Source: a virus. Taken from it: 64,000 nucleotides of DNA. The stretch is from the IMG/VR virus record IMGVR_UViG_3300007734_000760, positions 64,001 through 128,000 of that record; one strand, written 5' to 3'. Under the pieces are notes generated by a model. The model was not told the DNA's origin. It made no database searches and was given only the letters and a program-made list of their open reading frames with translations. How positions within the stretch are numbered: position 1 is the stretch's first letter; every line of letters starts with the position of its first letter. The position numbers and the translations under genes were made by a program. Shown piece by piece: positions 19,108-29,206 of this stretch.

Positions 19108-20490
19108 TTATTTTTTACCAAAAGCTAATTCTCTCATTCTTGCGAAAGCATCATTTTCAATAATTGGTTTAACAGAAGCTCTACCTAAAGCTTTAGATGC
19201 TGAACTTAATGATTCTCTAATTGGAGATTTAGTAGCAATAGGTGCTTTTAGTCCTCCTTGTAAAGTTTCATAAATTAATTCAACTTCTCTTTTAGATGTT
19301 GCTTTATCAAACGCTGATAAAACTTTAATTTTTTGTGATTCTGTTAAAGATTTGTTACGGAAAATTTTGTTAGTGTAAAGAAGTTTAGCGTTTAAAACGT
19401 TAATCTCATTAAGTTCTTTTTTAAGAGTCCTAATAGTAGCATACGCTTCGTCTATTTCTTCATAATCTGCATCTTCAGTATCCATTCCTGGAGGCAATTG
19501 TAAATTATCTCCGCCTAAATCTGGTTCTTTAAGATCACTAAACTGATTTCCTTTTCCTTTACCTTTACCTTTACCTCCGCCTCCAGCAGATGTAGCTTTT
19601 ATAGCATCTACATACTTAGAAAATAAACCTGGACCTTTTGGAAATTCTTCGCCAGTTCTTTCATTCTTTTTTTCAAACGCTTGTCTAATAGCTGGTTGAT
19701 TCCAACTTGCTCCATCTTTACCAGGATTAATTCCAAGTTCTTCATTTCCTTCTTCAGACCACTGTTTCATATTTGCATCTCCAGTTTTACCTAAAGATTG
19801 TAAAATTTGTTTCATTGGGATAGAAGAAGCCATTTCAGCTGCATCTAACATGAATTTTTTTACCTTTTCATTGTTTTCAAACTCAGGTTTAAGTTTGTAA
19901 CGAGAAGCCATTTCATTAAGAGTTTCTTCTTCTAATTCTAACTCATTTAAAAGTTCGTTAAGATCAATTTCTTCTCCATGATTTGCCATTTTAGTTGTTC
20001 TTTTTTTAGAATACATATTACGTTCGTCTAATTCTTCAGTACCTTCTTTAGCACCTTCTTCATTTTCCATTCCTTCATGACCAGCTTCAAGTTCCCCTGC
20101 GCCTACCATGTCTTTAATAACACTTTCAATGAATGATTTAAGGTCGTCTTCAGACATGTCTTCAATAGACACATTTTCGTCTTCTTCTTCCTTTTCTTCT
20201 TTTTCTTCTTTTTTAGCTTCGTAAAGTTCTTCTTCAACTTCACCTTCTTCTAATTCGGCTAAAAGTTCATCTAAAGAAACTTCATCCATCATTTTATCTT
20301 TCATCCCTTGATTTTCATATTCCATGTTCTCATCAGTTTCTTCCATCTCGCTAATTTTTTGAGATAGTTTTTCTCTAAGAAATGGACCAAATGATTCTTC
20401 AAGAGCTGCTTTTGCATTAGCAATTGCTGTTTCTTTTACAGCTTTAGCATCTGCGATTGCTTCTTTAAGCAAGTTTCGGTTGTTTGCCAT
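19108..20490 (-). CDS. Prohead core scaffold protein (gp22-like) with an inserted domain
   Basis: Highly acidic coiled-coil protein between protease and capsid genes; C-terminal ARMRELAFG. Confidence 0.8.
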   Translation of the reverse strand: MANNRNLLKEAIADAKAVKETAIANAKAALEESFGPFLREKLSQKISEMEETDENMEYENQGMKDKMMDEVSLDELLAELEEGEVEEELYEAKKEEKEEKEEEDENVSIEDMSEDDLKSFIESVIKDMVGAGELEAGHEGMENEEGAKEGTEELDERNMYSKKRTTKMANHGEEIDLNELLNELELEEETLNEMASRYKLKPEFENNEKVKKFMLDAAEMASSIPMKQILQSLGKTGDANMKQWSEEGNEELGINPGKDGASWNQPAIRQAFEKKNERTGEEFPKGPGLFSKYVDAIKATSAGGGGKGKGKGKGNQFSDLKEPDLGGDNLQLPPGMDTEDADYEEIDEAYATIRTLKKELNEINVLNAKLLYTNKIFRNKSLTESQKIKVLSAFDKATSKREVELIYETLQGGLKAPIATKSPIRESLSSASKALGRASVKPIIENDAFARMRELAFGKK

Positions 20491-20635
20491 TTTTTTCCTT
20501 AATTTAATTTGTTTGGAAATACACTTAATGTGAATAAATTCGAAGTGTAATAAGATTTATTATAGTCAATGCCTCATAGAATTGGGCACATTCTGTTATA
20601 CGTATGTATAAATTTATTAAAAATACAAAAAAAGA

Positions 20636-21238
20636 TTAAAATATTGGACATGCTCCATTAGAGCATAAAATTTCTGTTATAATTGAATTTACTTTATTAT
20701 ATGGATTAACATTAGATTTTTCTAATCCTTCACGTAATGGAGACATATATGAACCAGGATTAGAAGGTGTTGAAACAAAATCCCAACATAGTAATTCAAA
20801 ATCGTCTTGTACTTCTAGTACTTCACCAACTTGTTTTAAACTACCCATTCCACGTGATGATACACCTACTTTAATACTCGCACCTATAAGTGCTTTTAAT
20901 ATATTTCCTGAAGGTGTAGGTAATATTTCAATTGCGCCCATTACATTATCTCCATCCCACCAAAGTTTAGTGATATTATGTGACACATTTTTTAAGTTAA
21001 TTACTTGAGAGTCAGGATGATCTAATTCACCACATGCTCTTCTTTCTTTTACAAGGACATTATATTTATCTAATTCACGATCCCACAATTCTTTTGAGTA
21101 ATATCTTCCATTACCGTTTTTAATTTCAACAGTTGCTAAAATACCTTCAACTAATGGATTTCCACTTGTGCTCTTACCTTCAGTAAGAGTTATTGGCGAC
21201 ACATTAAATGGAAGAGTTTCTATTAGTAGTGATTTCAT
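20636..21238 (-). CDS. Prohead core protease (T4 gp21-like)
   Basis: NGNGRYY, GELDHP, VSH.I, GVSSRG.GS and D.VSTPS motifs. Confidence 0.93.
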   Translation of the reverse strand: MKSLLIETLPFNVSPITLTEGKSTSGNPLVEGILATVEIKNGNGRYYSKELWDRELDKYNVLVKERRACGELDHPDSQVINLKNVSHNITKLWWDGDNVMGAIEILPTPSGNILKALIGASIKVGVSSRGMGSLKQVGEVLEVQDDFELLCWDFVSTPSNPGSYMSPLREGLEKSNVNPYNKVNSIITEILCSNGACPIF

Positions 21239-21250
21239 GTTTATTTTGAA

Positions 21251-23692
21251 TTAGTAAGCCATATGTAATCCGTTAATTTCATCCCAAGCATCATTACTTA
21301 CTGCTATTATGTCTTTAGTTCCATCATCATATTCAACACTATATGATTTATCTCCATTTTGAATATATGTTTTAACAACTTTTCCGTTTATTTCAATGTA
21401 CTCAGATCCGCTAATATTGCTTCTTTTTAATTCTTCTTTAATAAGTTTAGCTATTACAGAGCGAAGTTTTGATTCTTTTAATAAATCATTACCTGTTCCA
21501 AAATCTGTAAAGTCAGTTTTGCGATAATCATAAGGTTCATAATCTTTTTCACCTACACTTTCTATTCCTGTAAGTGCACTTAATAAGTCATCACGATTTT
21601 CTAATCTACCTTCAGGATTTAATACAATTAATTCTTCCATTCCTTCATCTTTAGCCCACTGAATAAGTTCTAGATCTGAATGTTCATAGTCAATAAAATT
21701 ATTCATTTCTTCATTTAATGAATTTTCTTCTGTTTTATCATTAAAATACTTGTCAGCTTCTTCAAAATTATCAAATTCTTTATCTTTTTCTTTAGTTATA
21801 CCTTGACTATTATCTCTCACTTTATATATAGCTTTAAGTGGTATTGGTGTACCTGTTGGAGTTTCTCCTTTTTTTCCAATATATTCAATTGCTTTTTCTG
21901 GAGTTTTAAATTCAAAGTCTTGACCTGTTTTAAGATTTCTTACAATATAAATCATTGTGAACCTATTTTTTGCCATAGGTTCCCACGGACTTTGAAATAA
22001 CTGTGAACTTGTATCATCTCCTAATAAAGGAATAAGATATCCATCTTGAGTTTGTACTTCAGCCATTATTATACATCTAAAATTACCTGTACTTTTACTT
22101 TTTTGTTTTCTAGTGTCAAGTATTTTTATTTCACCACCTTTTGCTTTTTCAGTTAAATCAAGCATAGCTTTACTTTTAGCATTATCTATACTAATGTTAT
22201 CATTTCCTTCTCCAGAAATTTGCTTAGTTTTAGATTCAGTAGGAATTAATTTAGAATCAACATAATGCATTGGAGTTTCTTTTATTTTTGTTGGAGCAGT
22301 AGACACATTCTTTTTAATTAAACCTCTAACAAAAGAAGGAATAATTTCAGATATGTAACTTGTTAATTCTGTTTTTTTACGTTCTATGTCTTGTGAGTAT
22401 CTACCTCTAGTAATCCCAGCTAAAGCTATATAAAACATTTGAGATATAAACATTGCTAGATTATTATCTTTTGATATAATTTGTATACTACCAGGAAATC
22501 TATTGTTTATTTTAGTAATAACTTCTTTAGGTAAAAATGCATAAAATGGAATTTTACTTTTTTTATCTTGTTTTTTTGGATCAAAATCTCCTTTACTTAT
22601 TAAAGGAACTCCACCTTTTCCTGTTCTAACAACATCCGCTTCATCAAGTTCTTCAGCTAACATTAAATCATGTTCTAAGTCAGCTATTTGATCATAAACT
22701 GCTTCGTTTTCATTAAGTGATTCTGATTTGTATGGAGGAAGTTCTCTTTCAGTCCAACCTAAGTAACTACCAAATTCTAAAGCTTGTTCATAATATTCTT
22801 TTGCTTTCTCTAAATCACCTTCTTCAAATGCTTTTTTACCTTTATCGTAATAATTTTCAGCACCATATCTCATATTATTCTCCTCATCAGCATCACCATC
22901 TGAAGGATCAGTATCAAAATATGGATTTTCACCTGTTACTATTTCTTGTAATTTCATTGTCTTTTCAGCACCAGGCATGTCCATTTTCTTAACACCTTTA
23001 GAATTTTGAGGAGTTACAGACATTTCTTTTACTTTTTTAGGCATTGAAATTTTAGCTTCACTACTGCTTAAAGTATCTTTAACATTCTTTTTAATTAAAC
23101 CAATTAAACTATTTTTAACAACATCACTATCAGAATTTACTTCATCACGTCCGCCTAATATAGATGCGTTTTTAGATGTTGGTTGAGTATTTTTACCTAA
23201 ACCTGGCGCTTCATCAGTGTATCCTAAACCTTTAACTCCAAATTCACCATTTTTAGTATAGTACAAAGGATCTTTAGATAAGTTTTTTACTACTATCTTC
23301 TTTAATTCATCTCCCGTTTTATTTGCGTTTGCTGGGTCTTTCATCTCAGTATAGTATCCTTTCCAGATCTCGTTTCCATTAATGTTGTCTGCGTTTTTAA
23401 CGTCAGTAGCATCATATGCATCTTGCTTACCTTTAACTTCTTTAGATGTTTCTTTTTCTTCAGCTTTAGTTTCTTCAGCTAAAATATTTTTCCAATTCCA
23501 GATATCAAATCCTTTAGTGACAACGTTTGTTTGTTCACTAATAATTTGTTTTGTTTTTAATACATTAATTGATGTATTATAATCTAAATGTTTAGTTAAA
23601 TATTGAGGAAATAAATTTCTAGCATGTTTTAAAAATTGCTCTTTATTTCCTGTGCCTCGGTTTATGGCGTTAAATTGTTCTTGTAATGTCAT
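21251..23692 (-). CDS. Large modular putative internal-head (core) protein
   Basis: Head-module position; many (L/I)xE junctions; TPR-like helix pair; internal KLRSVIAKLIKEEL leader-type helix. Confidence 0.55.
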   Translation of the reverse strand: MTLQEQFNAINRGTGNKEQFLKHARNLFPQYLTKHLDYNTSINVLKTKQIISEQTNVVTKGFDIWNWKNILAEETKAEEKETSKEVKGKQDAYDATDVKNADNINGNEIWKGYYTEMKDPANANKTGDELKKIVVKNLSKDPLYYTKNGEFGVKGLGYTDEAPGLGKNTQPTSKNASILGGRDEVNSDSDVVKNSLIGLIKKNVKDTLSSSEAKISMPKKVKEMSVTPQNSKGVKKMDMPGAEKTMKLQEIVTGENPYFDTDPSDGDADEENNMRYGAENYYDKGKKAFEEGDLEKAKEYYEQALEFGSYLGWTERELPPYKSESLNENEAVYDQIADLEHDLMLAEELDEADVVRTGKGGVPLISKGDFDPKKQDKKSKIPFYAFLPKEVITKINNRFPGSIQIISKDNNLAMFISQMFYIALAGITRGRYSQDIERKKTELTSYISEIIPSFVRGLIKKNVSTAPTKIKETPMHYVDSKLIPTESKTKQISGEGNDNISIDNAKSKAMLDLTEKAKGGEIKILDTRKQKSKSTGNFRCIIMAEVQTQDGYLIPLLGDDTSSQLFQSPWEPMAKNRFTMIYIVRNLKTGQDFEFKTPEKAIEYIGKKGETPTGTPIPLKAIYKVRDNSQGITKEKDKEFDNFEEADKYFNDKTEENSLNEEMNNFIDYEHSDLELIQWAKDEGMEELIVLNPEGRLENRDDLLSALTGIESVGEKDYEPYDYRKTDFTDFGTGNDLLKESKLRSVIAKLIKEELKRSNISGSEYIEINGKVVKTYIQNGDKSYSVEYDDGTKDIIAVSNDAWDEINGLHMAY

Positions 23693-23693
23693 G

Positions 23694-24215
23694 TTATTGT
23701 TGTTTGTTTGTAAATAAAGTTATTAGTTTGTCTAAATAAGTGTTAGCAAATTGAGTACCATACATTATTTTAAAGTCTGGATCTTTTTTGTAAGCGCCCA
23801 TTGTTTCTTTTTTTGCGTTTTTTAATAAAGGAAGTAAAGTATTTAATTTGTCTTCTATAGTATTAAAATCCTCTACTTTACTTGTTATAAATTCTTTTCT
23901 ACCATCATCTGGTAAATTTAATTGATTAAGATATGTAGATGTTTCTTCTTTATTTTCTTTCCATAAATCTTTATGTTCAATACCTTTAGCTTTTTTATGA
24001 AGCTCTTTAGTATTTACTGGTTTAAATCCTCCTAATTTATAGTAGTAATTATGAGCTGTTCCTTTAGCTTTTTTATTTGGATTATAGGCAAATGGTGGAG
24101 CATAATTAGCATCTTCACCTAGGGTAAAAGTAGCTGCACTAGCACCACCTCCAGTAGCACTCATTTCTTTTAATCTTTTATAGACTAAATCTTTAAGTGA
24201 ACTTTTATTTTTCAT
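23694..24215 (-). CDS. Hypothetical head-module protein
   Basis: Leader-type N-terminus ending RLKE-MSATGGG. Confidence 0.55.
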   Translation of the reverse strand: MKNKSSLKDLVYKRLKEMSATGGGASAATFTLGEDANYAPPFAYNPNKKAKGTAHNYYYKLGGFKPVNTKELHKKAKGIEHKDLWKENKEETSTYLNQLNLPDDGRKEFITSKVEDFNTIEDKLNTLLPLLKNAKKETMGAYKKDPDFKIMYGTQFANTYLDKLITLFTNKQQ

Positions 24216-25053
24216 TTGCTTGTTTTAACTCTTCAATTAAGTCACAATATTGTAACAAATTAACAATATTATCATTATTTATTTTATCATTTTTACCTAA
24301 TGTAACTAAAAAATTAAGTGTTTCATTTAATTTAATTTTAGTTACTTCGTTTTTTGTTTTTTTATTTAATGAAATAAGTTCTAATTTCATTTCATTAATT
24401 TTAATATTGTAAAATTCTTTTAATTTAGTTGAATTATCAACTATATTAATAAATTCTTTAAGAATATTTTTTTTATTGCTACTAAAATCTACATATTTAC
24501 TATTAAATTTTTCAAGTAATATTTTATAAGTTAAAATACGAGTATCTTTATCTTCGTTTGCTAATTCCTCTATTGTAGTATTAGTATTAGTTTCTTTTTT
24601 AGTATTAGATAAAGTTAAATGTTCTAATATAACTAATTTATTTTCAATTATATTTTCAGTATTAATATTTTGAGATTCAATTAAAGTATAAATAGCAGCT
24701 TGTGTTTTATAATTAGGAAGTTTTGTTTTAAAAAATTCTTCTAAATTATAATAGTTTTTAATTTCTTTAATTAAATTATACTTTTGTTTTTTTAAAGCAG
24801 TTTTATTTAACTGTTTGGAATTTTCTAATACTGTATTAATAACCATATTAGCTTTACCTTCAGTTAAATTAGTACGTTTAATTAAACTTTCATATAATTT
24901 ATACTCACGTCCTAATTCAGTTTTACTAAAATATTTTTTTAAAATATTCAAAGCTTCAGAATTTTTACCTGATAATGTATCAGTTGTTATTTGTCTAACT
25001 AGAAGTTCAAAAAGAATACCAGTGTTTTTAAATTTTGAATGTTTTATTAACAT
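24205..25053 (-). CDS. Conserved-type head-module protein downstream of portal
   Basis: KHSK.KNTG.LFELL N-terminus; helical. Confidence 0.6.
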   Translation of the reverse strand: MLIKHSKFKNTGILFELLVRQITTDTLSGKNSEALNILKKYFSKTELGREYKLYESLIKRTNLTEGKANMVINTVLENSKQLNKTALKKQKYNLIKEIKNYYNLEEFFKTKLPNYKTQAAIYTLIESQNINTENIIENKLVILEHLTLSNTKKETNTNTTIEELANEDKDTRILTYKILLEKFNSKYVDFSSNKKNILKEFINIVDNSTKLKEFYNIKINEMKLELISLNKKTKNEVTKIKLNETLNFLVTLGKNDKINNDNIVNLLQYCDLIEELKQANEK

Positions 25054-25071
25054 TTAAGTAGTAGTTTTATT

Positions 25072-25079
25072 TATAAATA
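25072..25079 (-). promoter_or_regulatory. Putative late promoter TATTTATA
   Basis: Intergenic, after portal. Confidence 0.6.
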
Positions 25080-25091
25080 TATAACTAATTA

Positions 25092-26957
25092 TTAATCTCG
25101 CAACTGACTTTCATCAAGTAGCGATTCTTTTGATTTATCTATTTGGAATACTAGTTTTTTTTCAATTTCTGTTATAAACTGTTTATTTTTTAAATGAACA
25201 TTTTCATTTAACGATTTACTATTATAATCAGGTTGATCATCAATTTTCATATCTTTTTTACCTAATCTATCTCTACCAAAAGCGTTTTGCTGAGTATTAA
25301 TATTGGATACTTTTTCTTTAGGGCGACCTAAAACACTATCAACTTGATAACCTGCAGGTACATTACCTGGATCTGATATTGCGCGACTTTTACCATATAG
25401 TGATGCTAAGTCATGTGGTGTACCGTATGATTTACCTGTTTCTAATGGATCATTACCTTCTTCTGTTATTTGACCTAAACGGAATTTACGTTTAGCATCT
25501 TGTAAAATTAGATCTCTATATTCATCAAATTGATCTTCACTAAAATGAAATACATTATGATAAATCCAATCTGTAGGTAATAATTGAGCATCCATAATAT
25601 TTTTAGCTAAATCTACTTTTTCTTTCATTAATGCTATACGTTCTTGATCATAAATGATTGACGGAGTAGTTAATGATAATTCAAAATTAGTTAATGTTTC
25701 ACCTTTATATCCTTGAGCATATAAATGAACTAAAGCTATTCTGTACAATTCAGATAATAGTATACGTTGTAATCTATCAATTGTGCGTGCAAAACGAATA
25801 TCCTCCGCAGCTAAGGTTGCTTTACCTGTTAAATCTTTTTCATAACCCATAAATGCTTTAGGAACTTTTAAAGCAGCAAATAATTTATCTCTTAAATATT
25901 CTACATCTTTAATACCATCGTATTCTAAACCTTTAGCAGTATCAATTTTAGTTGTACTATCATTACCACGAACTGGAATGTAAAAATCTTCTAACATGTT
26001 TTGCATGTTATATTTTAAATTATACTCACCAGATTGAGGATCAATATATGGTGTTTTTTTCATTGTAGTAATAGTCTTCTTCATGAAATTTTCCACTTCA
26101 TTTGGAGGAATAGAACCAACATTAATATAAAAAATTCGTTTTTCAGGCGCTCGAGAAATTCTATGTATCAACATAGCATCTTCCATTAGTGTGTATTGTT
26201 TAAACAGTTTACGGGCTGGTTCAATATATGAACGACCATAAGGTAAATAATTAACATCTGTTAATAAACGAAAATGAGCAATTTCATAGTTATCAAAAAA
26301 TATTCCACTTTCTTCTTTATCAGAAGTATTAGGTGTATTATATAATCCTCCACTACTACCTGCATATCCTGTTGGATTAAATTTAAATCTAACAGACATT
26401 GGATTTTCTTTATCATATCCTTCTTGACGTTCAATATGATACGCTGTATAAGGTATAACATTATACACACCAAATTTTTCTGATATTTCTAATTTTAAGA
26501 AAAAATCTCCATATTTACACATTTGGCGAGTCCAAGACCATAAATTAAATTCAATATTTAATATATCATAAAATAAATTATAAAGTATTTTTTGAACATC
26601 ATCATCTGAACTTCTAATTTGTAACACTTCACCTAATTCATTTTTTAATGAACACTCATCTGAAATAATATCTAAAGCTGAAGCTACAATAGCATCAGTG
26701 TCCATTACATCATAATCTGAATACAGTTGGGTTCTTAAATATTGATAATTAACATTTAATTGAGATCCATAAAGTGATGTAGTATTACTAGAATAGATTC
26801 CTTGATATCTATTAAGTAATGAATTTGTTTCATATTTACCACTTCTTTGAATAGAATCAGTGTCTATTACTTTAAGAGTATTTCCACCTTCATTACGTAT
26901 AATTACGTCAGTTGAAAATAATCGTTTTAATCTAGAAAATAAATTTGTATCTGCCAT
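25092..26957 (-). CDS. Portal protein (T4 gp20-like)
   Basis: LMEDAMLIHRISRAPEKRIFYI.VG..P, MLEDFYIP.R and KLF.ALKVP motifs. Confidence 0.95.
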   Translation of the reverse strand: MADTNLFSRLKRLFSTDVIIRNEGGNTLKVIDTDSIQRSGKYETNSLLNRYQGIYSSNTTSLYGSQLNVNYQYLRTQLYSDYDVMDTDAIVASALDIISDECSLKNELGEVLQIRSSDDDVQKILYNLFYDILNIEFNLWSWTRQMCKYGDFFLKLEISEKFGVYNVIPYTAYHIERQEGYDKENPMSVRFKFNPTGYAGSSGGLYNTPNTSDKEESGIFFDNYEIAHFRLLTDVNYLPYGRSYIEPARKLFKQYTLMEDAMLIHRISRAPEKRIFYINVGSIPPNEVENFMKKTITTMKKTPYIDPQSGEYNLKYNMQNMLEDFYIPVRGNDSTTKIDTAKGLEYDGIKDVEYLRDKLFAALKVPKAFMGYEKDLTGKATLAAEDIRFARTIDRLQRILLSELYRIALVHLYAQGYKGETLTNFELSLTTPSIIYDQERIALMKEKVDLAKNIMDAQLLPTDWIYHNVFHFSEDQFDEYRDLILQDAKRKFRLGQITEEGNDPLETGKSYGTPHDLASLYGKSRAISDPGNVPAGYQVDSVLGRPKEKVSNINTQQNAFGRDRLGKKDMKIDDQPDYNSKSLNENVHLKNKQFITEIEKKLVFQIDKSKESLLDESQLRD

Positions 26958-26968
26958 GTTTTATTATT

Positions 26969-28537
26969 TTAAAATAACCATTTTAAATCTTCTGTTTCTC
27001 CATTAATGTCCATAGTATATGGATTATCATTGCCTGAAGCAAAATATGCTCCTTGATATTGAGAAGGTCTTTGTATATTATTTAATGTTGCTTTTGTCAT
27101 TTCAATTCCGTATTGTTTTTGTTTTAATGCTGTATCTCTAACATACATTGCTGTATTATAACACATAACTAAATCGTCATTATATCCTGATTGTGCTTCA
27201 GCTCTACCGTTTTTCCAAATAAAAATTTTCATTTCTTCTATTAAACGTTTTGATCTAATAATCACACTATGGTCTCCTAAGTATTCTCTTCCCTTATTAA
27301 TTACTAAAGGACGAGATTTTAATGACATAGTAAAACCAGGAATCATTTTTGATGTATCTTCATATTTACTAAAATACGAATCAGAAGCGGCTATATCACT
27401 TTTAGGTGAATAATATAAATTTCTATAGTTTCGTTCTTGAATAGCATCTAATGTTGCCCATCCAATACTAGCATTTTCTACTACTAATAATGCTTCATTG
27501 TATTCAGTAGCTATACCAACTAACATATAACCAAATTCTTTTGGAGATAATTGACTTTTAAATTCAGCTACTTGAGCATTTGTTTCTAAATCAAACACAT
27601 GAAATGCTGAAAAGTCTTTTCCATCTCCTCTAGCTACGTCAGCTACTACTAAATAATTTCTTGTATAATCTGGTGATTCCCAAATCCATAAGTTTTTATC
27701 TACACCACGTCTTTCCATTGGTTCTACTATATGAGTAGAAGTCATATATTCAAGATGTTCTGGATAGTAAACTATATCGCCAGATGTTGTAAAATTACAG
27801 TCACATTCTTGGGCTGCTAGTCTAGGATCTCCTAGTTGAGTATCTTGTTTATCTCTCCATGCTTGATCACGTTCAGGATGAACATACCAAGGTAATTTAA
27901 TAGGTAAAAAAGGATTTTCTTGAGCTTCTGCCTTAACCCAAGTTTTATGAAACCAATTACCTGTGCCAAACGGAGTAGATAAAACTATAGCTCCACCACC
28001 GGTAGCTAAAGTTTGTTGAGCTGAAGCCCAAATTGGTTCAATTCCTTCAATAAAAGCAGCCTCATCAATAATTAATAATGAAACAGCTTCTGATCTACCT
28101 GCATCACTCGCAGCTGATGTTGCTTTTATTTGTGAACCGTTATTTAATTTTAATGCTAATTTATTATTTTCATCTGCTGGTATTTTAAGCCATGATGGTA
28201 AATTATCAAACATAAACTTGGTTTTAGTAACCATGTTTTTTGCTGTTTCTTGTTTAGTAGCTATACAAAGAATATTTTTATCTTTATAAAATAGCATTAA
28301 CCACAATGAATAACCTGCTGCTAATGTTGATATGCCTAATTGTCTAGATTTTAATATTAATGAATATGGATTTTCTTTCCATAAATTTAATACTTTAGTT
28401 TGAAATGGATATAAATTAAATATAACTCGTCCTCTTTGAGGATGTTGAATATTACAATATTTACGCATAAAGTGAGCTGGATCTTGAGCACACTTAATGT
28501 ATTCTTCTCTTATTATTTCTTTTAAATCTTGACTCAT
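26969..28537 (-). CDS. terL: Terminase large subunit (T4 gp17-like)
   Basis: LYPFQ, KSRQLGIST, IIDEAAF, STP.G, ADVARG.G.D.S and NDDLVM motifs; start revised to ATG 28537 (ATGA overlap). Confidence 0.95.
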   Translation of the reverse strand: MSQDLKEIIREEYIKCAQDPAHFMRKYCNIQHPQRGRVIFNLYPFQTKVLNLWKENPYSLILKSRQLGISTLAAGYSLWLMLFYKDKNILCIATKQETAKNMVTKTKFMFDNLPSWLKIPADENNKLALKLNNGSQIKATSAASDAGRSEAVSLLIIDEAAFIEGIEPIWASAQQTLATGGGAIVLSTPFGTGNWFHKTWVKAEAQENPFLPIKLPWYVHPERDQAWRDKQDTQLGDPRLAAQECDCNFTTSGDIVYYPEHLEYMTSTHIVEPMERRGVDKNLWIWESPDYTRNYLVVADVARGDGKDFSAFHVFDLETNAQVAEFKSQLSPKEFGYMLVGIATEYNEALLVVENASIGWATLDAIQERNYRNLYYSPKSDIAASDSYFSKYEDTSKMIPGFTMSLKSRPLVINKGREYLGDHSVIIRSKRLIEEMKIFIWKNGRAEAQSGYNDDLVMCYNTAMYVRDTALKQKQYGIEMTKATLNNIQRPSQYQGAYFASGNDNPYTMDINGETEDLKWLF

Positions 28538-28938
28538 ATTGCAACAATAAAACTTAATATTATACAAGCTCCACTAACTATGTAAGATATTATTTTACTT
28601 CTTTTTTGTTTTTTTACTTCTTTTTTAAATAAAATAATTTCTTCATCTTTATTAATTACAAGATTTTTATAATCTATTTCATTTTGTTTAAATAAAATAA
28701 TTTGTTTATGCTGTGTTTTTATAATAGTATCTTGATTTAAAGCAATAAGCATTAAAACAGAAACAGAATCACGAGTAATTACTATTTGATTTTTTAAATA
28801 AGTATAATCGTTTTTTAATAAAAGTGCTTTTTTAAGTGTGATACATGGAACACAACAAATACTATCATTCAAAAGCGTTTGTGAATTCATTAACAACGTT
28901 CCTATTAGAAAGAGTATTAATGCGATTGTGTTCTTCAT
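28534..28938 (-). CDS. Membrane protein, possible spanin component
   Basis: N-terminal signal-like segment, coiled coil and C-terminal TM helix; overlaps the upstream TM/coiled-coil gene. Confidence 0.45.
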   Translation of the reverse strand: MKNTIALILFLIGTLLMNSQTLLNDSICCVPCITLKKALLLKNDYTYLKNQIVITRDSVSVLMLIALNQDTIIKTQHKQIILFKQNEIDYKNLVINKDEEIILFKKEVKKQKRSKIISYIVSGACIILSFIVAI

Positions 28939-29206
28939 TGTATTTAATTTTAAAATTATCTGCTTTTATTTTTAATGCTGTTAATTCTATTTTGTTTTTT
29001 TCTACTTTATCTTTATAAATATTAGTTACTGAATCTAATTTTGTTATTTCATTTTGTTTTAATTTAATATTTAAAAGTAAAGAATCATTTTGTTTATGTA
29101 GTTTATTTAAACTATTTTCTAAATCTGATTTAGGATATTGAAATATAATAATAATAAATAGTATTAATATTAAAATGTATGGCGCTAATATTTTAATTTT
29201 AGCCAC
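28865..29206 (-). CDS. Possible i-spanin
   Basis: Single N-terminal TM helix followed by a coiled coil. Confidence 0.5.
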   Translation of the reverse strand: MAKIKILAPYILILILFIIIIFQYPKSDLENSLNKLHKQNDSLLLNIKLKQNEITKLDSVTNIYKDKVEKNKIELTALKIKADNFKIKYNEEHNRINTLSNRNVVNEFTNAFE

